Of a DNA stretch of 64,000 nt, positions 50,893-59,074 are shown one piece after another. The stretch covers positions 2,400,001 to 2,464,000 of the forward strand of contig OY970208.1 in NCBI GenBank assembly GCA_963713865.1, in the 5' to 3' direction. Position 1 is the stretch's first letter; each line of letters starts with the position of its first letter. This DNA comes from an uncultured candidate division Zixibacteria bacterium (GTDB taxonomy: Bacteria; Zixibacteria; MSB-5A5; RBG-16-43-9). The notes below the pieces were generated by a model that was not told the origin of the DNA, did not search any database, and was given only the letters and a program-made list of their open reading frames with translations. A program made the position numbers and the translations under genes.

Positions 50893-51057
50893 ATGGAAAA
50901 ATGGCAATGTACTATCTGTGGCTATATTTATGATCCAGCCATAGGTGATCCGGATAACGGGATCAGTCCGGGAACGCCATTTGAAGAACTACCGGATGAC
51001 TGGCTCTGCCCTGAATGTGGAGCAGAGAAAGACCAATTTGAGAAATTCCCGGAATAG
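50893..51057 (+). CDS. Rubredoxin (54 aa; absent from the ORF track)
   Basis: [56 protein letters not shown]. Confidence 0.97.
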   Translation: MEKWQCTICGYIYDPAIGDPDNGISPGTPFEELPDDWLCPECGAEKDQFEKFPE

Positions 51058-51187
51058 TTTTTTGATGCTCATGTTTTTTAAATTGAAGAACACAGTTTTT
51101 GAAACAGAATTTAACCTTTAATACTAATCGAATTGAATCAAGACTGAAAGACTCAATTCGTCCCAAAAACATCTTAAAGGAGGATAA

Positions 51188-53080
51188 ATGATGGACGAAA
51201 AGATTCCTGAGAATCTAAAAAAGAGGTTAAGCAAGGACGGGTATGAAAAGCTCTCTAAAACAAACAACCCCGCTCTTTTCCAGTTCATTGCCAAATATGT
51301 TGAGCTGTGCAATCCGGAAAAGATCTTCGTCTGCGCGGATACGCCGGAGGATGTGAAATACGTGAGGGAATCAGCCCTGAAAAACGGGGAAGAGAGCAAA
51401 CTGGCAGTGAAAGGACATACCATCCATTTTGATAATTATAAAGACCAGGGAAGGGATAAGAAAAACACCGGTATCCTTGTTCCCCAGGGTGTTAACCTCG
51501 GAACATCCATAGAGACCAAAGACAGGGATGCAGGCTTAAAAGATATTTATGAAATCCTTAAAGACATTATGAAAGGAAAAGAGCTTTATATCCCTTTCTT
51601 TTGTCTGGGTCCTTCAAATTCTATATTCTCCATCCCCGCAGTCCAGCTTACCGATTCAAGTTATGTGGCTCACAGTGAAACTTTGCTCTACCGGCCCGGA
51701 TATGCTGAATTCGTCAGGCAGGGCTCAAAGGCTCGCTTCTTTAAGTTCGTTCACTCCCAGGGCGAATTAGATGAACGAAAAACCTGCAAAAATCTTGACA
51801 AGCGTAGAATATTCATTGACCTGGAAGAGGATATCGTTTACAGCACCAATACCCAGTATGGCGGCAATACCATCGGATTAAAGAAATTAGCCATGCGACT
51901 GGCTATTAATAGAGGCTCTGAAGAAGGATGGCTCACTGAACATATGTTAGTGATGGGCATTCATGGTCCCAAAAAGAGAATTACTTATTTCTTGGGTGCA
52001 TTCCCTTCCCTCTGTGGCAAAACCTCAACTGCAATGTTGGACGGCGAAACCATAGTTGGCGATGACATCGCCTATTTGAGGAAGAAAGATGGGGAAGTCC
52101 GGGCAGTAAATGTCGAAAAAGGTATGTTTGGCATCATTATGGGAGTAAATTCCAAAGACGATCCCAGCCAGTGGAAAGCTTTGAATAATCCCGGCGAGAT
52201 AATTTTCTCTAATGTTTTAGTTGCCGAGGATAAAAAAGTATATTGGATTGGAAAAGATGGCGAAGCTCCATCTAAGGGTTATAACCATTCAGGTGAATGG
52301 CAGGCAGGCAAGAAAGATGCAGAAGGAAAAGAGATAAAATGTTCACATCCGAATGCCCGCTTCACTCTTTCGCTGGATACTTTAGATAATCTCGACCCCA
52401 AGCTTAACGATCCAGAAGGAGTGATAGCAGGCGGTATAGTCTATGGCGGAAGGGATTCAGACACCTGGGTGCCAGTTGAGGAGTCTTTCGACTGGCAGCA
52501 CGGTATTATTACCAAAGGCGCATCCTTGGAATCGGAAACAACTGCTGCCACTTTGGGAAAAGAAGGGGTCAGGGCTTTTAATCCGATGTCCAATCTCGAT
52601 TTTTTATCTGTGCCGGTTAGCAAATATATCCAGAGCAATCTCGATTTTGCCAAAGGCTTGAAAAAGCCTCCCCTGATTTTCTCCGTCAACTACTTCTTGA
52701 AAGACAAAGATGGCAATTTTCTGAACGAGAAAACTGATAAAAGAGTCTGGTATAAATGGGCGGAGCTGAGAGCTCACAATGAGGTTTCTGCCATAAAAAC
52801 TCCAACTGGCCTTATACCGAAATATGACGACCTCAAAAAACTTTTTAAAGAGGCTTTGAAAAAAGAATATACCCAGGAAGATTATAACAAGCAGTTCATG
52901 CTCCGGATACCTGAAAGCCTGGCAAAGATCGAGAGGATAAAAAAGATTTACGAGAATAATGCCCAGATCCCGGATGCACCTAAAGTTGTATTTGAGGAAC
53001 TGGAGAAACAAAAAGCCAGATTAATTCAGGCAAAGGATAAATACGGAGACTACATAACGCCGGACAAGTTTTTGTCCTAA
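51188..53080 (+). CDS. pckG: Phosphoenolpyruvate carboxykinase (GTP)
   Basis: YGGNTIGLKK, WLTEHM, AFPSLCGKTS, VGDDIA, HPNARF. Confidence 0.95.
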   Translation: MMDEKIPENLKKRLSKDGYEKLSKTNNPALFQFIAKYVELCNPEKIFVCADTPEDVKYVRESALKNGEESKLAVKGHTIHFDNYKDQGRDKKNTGILVPQGVNLGTSIETKDRDAGLKDIYEILKDIMKGKELYIPFFCLGPSNSIFSIPAVQLTDSSYVAHSETLLYRPGYAEFVRQGSKARFFKFVHSQGELDERKTCKNLDKRRIFIDLEEDIVYSTNTQYGGNTIGLKKLAMRLAINRGSEEGWLTEHMLVMGIHGPKKRITYFLGAFPSLCGKTSTAMLDGETIVGDDIAYLRKKDGEVRAVNVEKGMFGIIMGVNSKDDPSQWKALNNPGEIIFSNVLVAEDKKVYWIGKDGEAPSKGYNHSGEWQAGKKDAEGKEIKCSHPNARFTLSLDTLDNLDPKLNDPEGVIAGGIVYGGRDSDTWVPVEESFDWQHGIITKGASLESETTAATLGKEGVRAFNPMSNLDFLSVPVSKYIQSNLDFAKGLKKPPLIFSVNYFLKDKDGNFLNEKTDKRVWYKWAELRAHNEVSAIKTPTGLIPKYDDLKKLFKEALKKEYTQEDYNKQFMLRIPESLAKIERIKKIYENNAQIPDAPKVVFEELEKQKARLIQAKDKYGDYITPDKFLS

Positions 53081-53090
53081 CCTGTTAACA

Positions 53091-53119
53091 GTAGGGGCGG
53101 GTTTCAAACCCGCCCCTAC
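53091..53119. repeat. GTAG-family REP palindrome (representative copy)
   Basis: GTAGGGGCGGGTTTCAAACCCGCCCCTAC; relatives at 29176, 37749, 55143 and 56238. Confidence 0.9.
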
Positions 53120-53184
53120 AAACGAACAAACTCACAAACTCTAAATTCTGGTGACAGTCCCGCTAAATCAGGATTTCGCTCCGC

Positions 53185-54972
53185 TTAACACGGCGATGGT
53201 CCGCCTTTGAAAAGATAATTGATTAAATATATTACATCGCTAACTGTTATTTTGCCATCACAATTGACATCTCCAACCGAGACCTCGGGAATAGGTGCAG
53301 GTCCACCTTTGAAAAGATAATTAATCAGATAGATTACATCAGAAACGGTTATTTTTTGATCTCCATTAGCATCCCCACGTTTGGCAGAGAGAAAAGTCCA
53401 GGTTTGAGTGGACCATCTTTCTGAATGTTTATCAAAAGCCCTTACCTTCCAATAATACCTTTCGATCACAAGAGTATCTGTATACAGGCTATTCGAAAGA
53501 CTATCATAGATTAGTGTTGAATCAGGATTGAAGCTCGAGGAAGTGCTTACATACAAGTCGTATTTAGCAGTATCCCATGGATCAGGGTCTGTTGCTGTTT
53601 CCCAGTCAAATGCCACAATGAAAGGTATAATTGCGCTGTCAGAAGGAGAAGTCAGTGCAAAGGAATTCGGAGGATAGTTCTGCCAATATTTTATGGTAAG
53701 GCAGTCTGCACCAGTTCCCCCAGCAATATAGACATTTCCAGAACCGTCCACTGCTATTGCAGTTGCCCCATCATTCACATACACGTTTGGATCACCGTAC
53801 CCTTTAACCCAGAGTTCATCTCCTGAGGAACTATATTTTACGGTGGCACAGTCGCTCCTCCATAATAGTCCGCTAAAACCTGTAACATAGACATTACCAT
53901 AAATGTCTATCGTCATATCATAAGGTATATCATGGTCATATGAGTTATACTTACTCACCCAGACTGTATCCCCAGCTGATGAATACTTTATTGTGGTATA
54001 CTCCGTATTAGAGATGCCTGTTACATAGGCATTCCCGGAACCATCAAGTAATATTTTGAATGCCTGATCGTCAATTCCCTCAATTTGATAGTATATATTA
54101 GCCCAGATGACGTTTCCATTTTGGTCATACTTTACTGTGGCAAAGTCATAGTTTGTTCCGGAACCATACCAGATAGATACTTGTCCTGTGACATAGACAT
54201 TACCAGAAACATCAACTGCTATGTCATTAGCATAATCATGGTAACCCCCCGGCCCGTCGTAGAATCTCATCCAAGCAGTGTCTCCATTGGGATAATACTT
54301 TATTGTGGTATAGTTATGATTAGACCAGGTTTGTGCACTCGGGCCGGTTACATAAATATTCCCATATCCATCCAATGCTATTGCGTTGATTACTGTCCCG
54401 GAATAGCCAGAAGCTGCTGTTCTTGACCACAATTCGTTACCATCTTTGTCATACTTTACTGTTAGAAAGGCGTAGTCGGATGAACCAGCTACATAGACGT
54501 TGCCCAAACCGTCAATAGCGATGGCATAGGCCCGATCATTGTTATAGTTTGGCCCGTTGTATCTTCTAACCCAGGCGGTATCTCCGTTAGGATAATACTT
54601 TATGGTTGCACAGTCATAATCAGCTATTGGAGTCACAAGAACCGTTCCGGTTACATAGACATTACCAGAACCATCAACTGCTAAAGCACGTGCTTCATCA
54701 GGTCCGTTTGCTTGTCCGTTGTATCTCCTCACCCAAGCGGTATCGCCATTCGAATAATACTTTATGGTGGCATAATCCATGCCTGTCCCACTGCCCAAAC
54801 TATTACCTGTGACATAGACATTTCCAGAACCATCCACTGCTATTGCATTAGCATAATCATCACCGTTTACTGGACCGTTGTATCTTCTCACCCAAGCAGT
54901 ATCAACCTGCTGAGCAAAGACGGGTAAAGCAAAAAAGAAAACAAGACACAAAACCAAAAGCACTTTAGACAT
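53185..54972 (-). CDS. Secreted SBBP beta-propeller protein with FN3-like domain and C-terminal dockerin
   Basis: ATG 54972 with GGAGG; about seven IAVDGSGNVYVTG..TIKY..GDTAW repeats; GDANGDQKITVSDVIYLINYLFKGGP-type motif twice. Confidence 0.9.
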   Translation of the reverse strand: MSKVLLVLCLVFFFALPVFAQQVDTAWVRRYNGPVNGDDYANAIAVDGSGNVYVTGNSLGSGTGMDYATIKYYSNGDTAWVRRYNGQANGPDEARALAVDGSGNVYVTGTVLVTPIADYDCATIKYYPNGDTAWVRRYNGPNYNNDRAYAIAIDGLGNVYVAGSSDYAFLTVKYDKDGNELWSRTAASGYSGTVINAIALDGYGNIYVTGPSAQTWSNHNYTTIKYYPNGDTAWMRFYDGPGGYHDYANDIAVDVSGNVYVTGQVSIWYGSGTNYDFATVKYDQNGNVIWANIYYQIEGIDDQAFKILLDGSGNAYVTGISNTEYTTIKYSSAGDTVWVSKYNSYDHDIPYDMTIDIYGNVYVTGFSGLLWRSDCATVKYSSSGDELWVKGYGDPNVYVNDGATAIAVDGSGNVYIAGGTGADCLTIKYWQNYPPNSFALTSPSDSAIIPFIVAFDWETATDPDPWDTAKYDLYVSTSSSFNPDSTLIYDSLSNSLYTDTLVIERYYWKVRAFDKHSERWSTQTWTFLSAKRGDANGDQKITVSDVIYLINYLFKGGPAPIPEVSVGDVNCDGKITVSDVIYLINYLFKGGPSPC

Positions 54973-55022
54973 AATACCTCCTTTGGCTTGAAAGTGTGGA
55001 TTCATTACTCTATTTTACTATG

Positions 55023-55051
55023 AATCTATGACGGGTGGGCGATTTTGTCAA
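55023..55051 (-). promoter_or_regulatory. Sigma-70-type promoter
   Basis: TTGACA-17 bp-TAGATT. Confidence 0.5.
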
Positions 55052-55194
55052 GTGTATTTTGAAAGATTCTACTAAAAATTTTCCTACAAAATTAGAGGTA
55101 AAGAGGATAACAAGGGGGTAGTGCAGGTAGTTATTTTTTCTTGTAGGGGTGGGTTTGAAACCCACCCCTACAGATTTTTCAAGAAAGCCACAAA

Positions 55195-55683
55195 ATGTAT
55201 CTTGAAGATAGACAAAAGGATAAGAACTTTTCCAAGTTTTATCATGAGATTATTAAAAACGGTCTTTGGGCAAGATTATCTAATCCCGCTATTCGGGTAT
55301 ATGGAGTTATACTTATCTATGCCCATTATAAGACCGGCTGGTCTTATCCTACAGTAAAAACCCTGTCCCGTCTTTCCGGCGTAAACAAAAATCTCATATC
55401 CAGAGCCATCCGGGAACTTGAACATGTAGGTTTGATCAGGAAAAGCAAAATCAGGAAAAAATCTTACTTCAGGAATGGTTACCAGATTATCCCACATCCT
55501 TTAATCTTTCCTCATCTACTACCTGTAAAGATAAAGAAACGGAAATCCCCTTTAAAAGGGAAGGATGGAAGATTCAAATCAGTTCCATCAAAGATGGACA
55601 ATGATATTCCACTGAATATAGATACCCCTGTTCCATCTTTTGCGGATTCAGACACTTATCCACATTTAGTGGACAATAAATAG
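55195..55683 (+). CDS. Winged-HTH protein resembling the N-terminus of phage/plasmid replication initiators, possibly truncated
   Basis: LSNPAIRVYGVI..GWSYPTVKTLSRLSGVNKNLISRAIRELEHVGLI. Confidence 0.65.
   Translation: MYLEDRQKDKNFSKFYHEIIKNGLWARLSNPAIRVYGVILIYAHYKTGWSYPTVKTLSRLSGVNKNLISRAIRELEHVGLIRKSKIRKKSYFRNGYQIIPHPLIFPHLLPVKIKKRKSPLKGKDGRFKSVPSKMDNDIPLNIDTPVPSFADSDTYPHLVDNK
55584..55673 (+). repeat. Four iteron-like hyphenated palindromes
   Basis: TCCA-N7-(T/C)(G/A)GA at 55584, 55608, 55632 and 55659. Confidence 0.6.
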
Positions 55684-56022
55684 AATACATAGAGATATAT
55701 ATTAGAGATATTTATTTAGAGCAGCTGACAAACAGAATTTCAACAATATATAAATCAGAATATTGAAATAAAGAAAAAGAGTTGTTCGTAGTGCGACCCT
55801 GCTTGTCCCGTCGTAGGCGGGATTAGGGTCGCCTAAGCGAGGCTAATCCCGCCAAACGGCGGGACGCACTACGATTTAAAAATACCCTCTTGCCAAAACG
55901 CGCACCCTCTCAAACAAATTTGAAGGTTCCACACTGTAATAAGTGAAAAAATGAAGCTTATAAATGGAAGGCTAAAATCTTCCTCTACACGTCGGGCATA
56001 AAACCCGACGCTAAAATCCTGT

Positions 56023-57618
56023 CTACTGTCTACTATAAATAACCTTTCCTCCTAAGATCGTCATATCCACTTCAGTTTCCAAAATCTCCTCTGGAGGAAT
56101 ACTGAAAATATCTTTAGTTAAGACCACAATATCTGCTAATTTATTAGTTTCCAAAGACCCTTTTTCTTTCTCTTGAAATTCAGCATAAGCGGAACCTAAA
56201 GTATAAGCTTTAATTGCTTGCTCTACAGTCAACGTTTGTAGGGGCATATTGCAATACGCCCCTGCGTCTCGTGTTACTGCAGAATATATCCCTATCATAG
56301 GATTCAAAGACTCAACTGGCCAGTCAGTGCCAAAAGCCAGGTGCGTACCCGCATCCAAAAGCGACCTGAAGGGATAAGCTCTTTTTAATCTTTCTTTTCC
56401 CAGTCTCTGTTCTAACCACTTTTTATCCGAACTCCAGAAAGCTGGCTGAACCGAGGCTATCACTCCTATCTCTGCCATTCGATCTATATCGGTTTTTTTC
56501 AGGACGCTACAGTGTTCTATTCGGTGCCTTCTTTCTCTTGATGGATTTAACCCCTGGACTTTCTGATAAATATTTAAAACTATTACATTCGTTCCATCCC
56601 CGATAGCATGAATCGCTATCTGATAACCTGACCTGTCTGCTTGAGAAACCATATATTCCAGCTCTTCTTCAGGTATTAGAAACACCCCTGATTTTCCAGG
56701 TTCATCTGCATAAGGCTCAAAAAGAAAAGCGGTGCGTGAGCCGAGAGTCCCATCTGCCATAATCTTAAGTAAACCTGGTTTTAAAAAATTACCTTTTTCG
56801 GGAAAACTTTTTATTAAGCTTGTCAACTCTTCAGGCTTTTTGATTAGCTCTAAAGGAAACCATTCGCTCACTCTCACTTTCAGCTCATTTTTTTCTAAAA
56901 GTTTCTTATAAACCTCAATCACTTCTAAATCAGAATTATCCTGAATACTCGTAATCCCGTATCTTTTAGCTTCTTTCATCGCTTCTCTGATTGCCAGGGT
57001 AAGCTCGTCCAGAGAAGGTTTAGGTATAATCTTCTCAACCAAATCCATTGCTTTTTCCATTAGAATCCCGGTTGGCTCTTCTGTCAGTCCATCTTTAACT
57101 ATAACGCCCCTTTCAGGAGAGGGAGTGTTGCTATTTATCCCTGCTAACTGCAAAGCTGTACTATTAGCCCAACCAATATGCCCATCCACCCTTTTCAGAA
57201 AAACAGGATTCTGAGGTGCTATTCCATCTAAAAAACTTTTGTCAGGCCAGTTACCCTGATTAAAAAGAGTATGATCCCATCCCCTGCCCAAAATCCAAGA
57301 GCCGGCTCGTAATTTAATGATCTTATTTTTTAGTCTTTTCTCTATCTCTTGAAAACTCTTGCAGTCCTTCAAATCAATCCTCAATAAGGTTAATCCCCCA
57401 CCTGCGAAATGCAAATGCGCATCATTAAATCCCGGTAAAGCCAGCCTTCCCTTTAAATCTATTACCTCAGTTTTTTTTGTGATATAACCTTTGGCAGCAT
57501 CCTCGCCCCCAGAATAAATAATCCTCTCTCCAGAAACCACTAAAGCACTCGCCCGGGGATTTTTATCATCCATAGTGGCGATTTTACCATTTAAAAGTAT
57601 TAAGTTGGCTTTCGACAT
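56023..57618 (-). CDS. Amidohydrolase family 3 (YtcJ-like)
   Basis: PGFNDAHLH, RVDGH, KIMADG, IHAIGD, RHRIEH, FGTDWP. Confidence 0.93.
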   Translation of the reverse strand: MSKANLILLNGKIATMDDKNPRASALVVSGERIIYSGGEDAAKGYITKKTEVIDLKGRLALPGFNDAHLHFAGGGLTLLRIDLKDCKSFQEIEKRLKNKIIKLRAGSWILGRGWDHTLFNQGNWPDKSFLDGIAPQNPVFLKRVDGHIGWANSTALQLAGINSNTPSPERGVIVKDGLTEEPTGILMEKAMDLVEKIIPKPSLDELTLAIREAMKEAKRYGITSIQDNSDLEVIEVYKKLLEKNELKVRVSEWFPLELIKKPEELTSLIKSFPEKGNFLKPGLLKIMADGTLGSRTAFLFEPYADEPGKSGVFLIPEEELEYMVSQADRSGYQIAIHAIGDGTNVIVLNIYQKVQGLNPSRERRHRIEHCSVLKKTDIDRMAEIGVIASVQPAFWSSDKKWLEQRLGKERLKRAYPFRSLLDAGTHLAFGTDWPVESLNPMIGIYSAVTRDAGAYCNMPLQTLTVEQAIKAYTLGSAYAEFQEKEKGSLETNKLADIVVLTKDIFSIPPEEILETEVDMTILGGKVIYSRQ

Positions 57619-58124
57619 ATATCCTTATTTTTTTTACTGTAGAGGCGAGGTTACCTCGCTCCTATTATTATTTCTCAAGAATTATATCAAAAAAAATAGA
57701 AATTTGTCAAGGAGAAACTCTCCCCTCTCCTTTTCAAGGAGAGGGATCAAGGGTGAGGTTAAAAAAGTCCAGTGGTAGCATTGCCACTCCTTGGCAATGA
57801 AGAATATAAAATAAGTAGAGACGCATAGAGATGCATACGATGCATCTCAACAAAAGTATGAACGTCCTCACAGGAGTGACTACGCAAGGGCATCCCCAAA
57901 GCGAGTTTGGGGATGGTACTCTACTTTTTTCTCATTTCAGGGTGGCACCCTCAAACTCGTTTGAGGGTGCATATCCCTCCGGCATGGGGTTTATCAATCC
58001 CAATCTACTTTTTAACTTGCAATCCCTTTGTTGAATCATATCTTAAATAGAAAGCCAAAATGCTTAGCTCGGTAAAGGTATAAAACCTTTGCTACGCGAA
58101 CGAATAAATTCAAGGAGTTCAGAA

Positions 58125-58889
58125 ATGTCAGTACCAATCAATTTAAAGGGTAAAGTAACTTTAATCACTGGAGCATCCAGGGGAATAGGAAAAGCCACTG
58201 CCCTTCTTTTTGCCCAAGCCGGTTCTGATCTTATAATAAATTACTTCAGAAATAAAAAAGAAGCGGAAAAAACTGCATCTCAGGCAAAAGAATTAGGAGC
58301 TCAGGCAAAGATTTTCAAAGCGGACGTATCTTCAAAAACTCAATGCGAGAAGATGATTGATTTCGCTTTCAAAATATTTGGCAGAATCGACAATTTGATA
58401 AATAATGCCGGAATCTGGAAATATGCACCCATAGATAAGATGAGCCAGACTCAATTAAAGGAAACCCTGAGGGTGAATTTAGAGAGCGTCTTCTATCTGA
58501 CAGCTAAAGTGGTCCCGATTATGAAAAAGCAAGGCGGTGGCAATATCATTAATATCTCTTCTACTGCCGGGCAAAGAGGGGAGGCTAATCATTCCCACTA
58601 TGCCGCTTCCAAGGGAGCTATCATCAGCCTGACTAAATCACTTTCAACTGAGTTAGCATCATATAATATACGGGTTAATTGTGTTGCCCCGGGCTGGGTG
58701 GATACTGATATGAGCCATCGTTCCCTGATTGGAAAAGATAGAAACTGGATTTTAGATCAAATCCCTATTGGTCGGGCAGCTCAGCCCGAAGAAATTGCTC
58801 GAGCCATCTTATTCTTGGCTTCCGACTTAGCCACATTCATCACCGGTGAAGTAATTAACGTTAACGGAGGAGCAGTCCTGATAGGATAA
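58125..58889 (+). CDS. Short-chain dehydrogenase/reductase (FabG-like)
   Basis: TGASRGIG, NNAG, YAASK, VAPGWVDT; ATG 58125 after AAGGAG. Confidence 0.93.
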   Translation: MSVPINLKGKVTLITGASRGIGKATALLFAQAGSDLIINYFRNKKEAEKTASQAKELGAQAKIFKADVSSKTQCEKMIDFAFKIFGRIDNLINNAGIWKYAPIDKMSQTQLKETLRVNLESVFYLTAKVVPIMKKQGGGNIINISSTAGQRGEANHSHYAASKGAIISLTKSLSTELASYNIRVNCVAPGWVDTDMSHRSLIGKDRNWILDQIPIGRAAQPEEIARAILFLASDLATFITGEVINVNGGAVLIG

Positions 58890-59074
58890 GAATTTATTAG
58901 ATTCTTAAACTATTTACAGCACATATTTTCATCTTATATTATTCATTTTTCATCTCACCTCTACCGTCTTACGTCTTACTCCTCACCTCTATTCTTCTAT
59001 AAATATCCATAAAATCAGTCTCCCCTTTATCGATATAGACTATTAGAGTAAATTTTAATGCAAGTCTGTCGATA

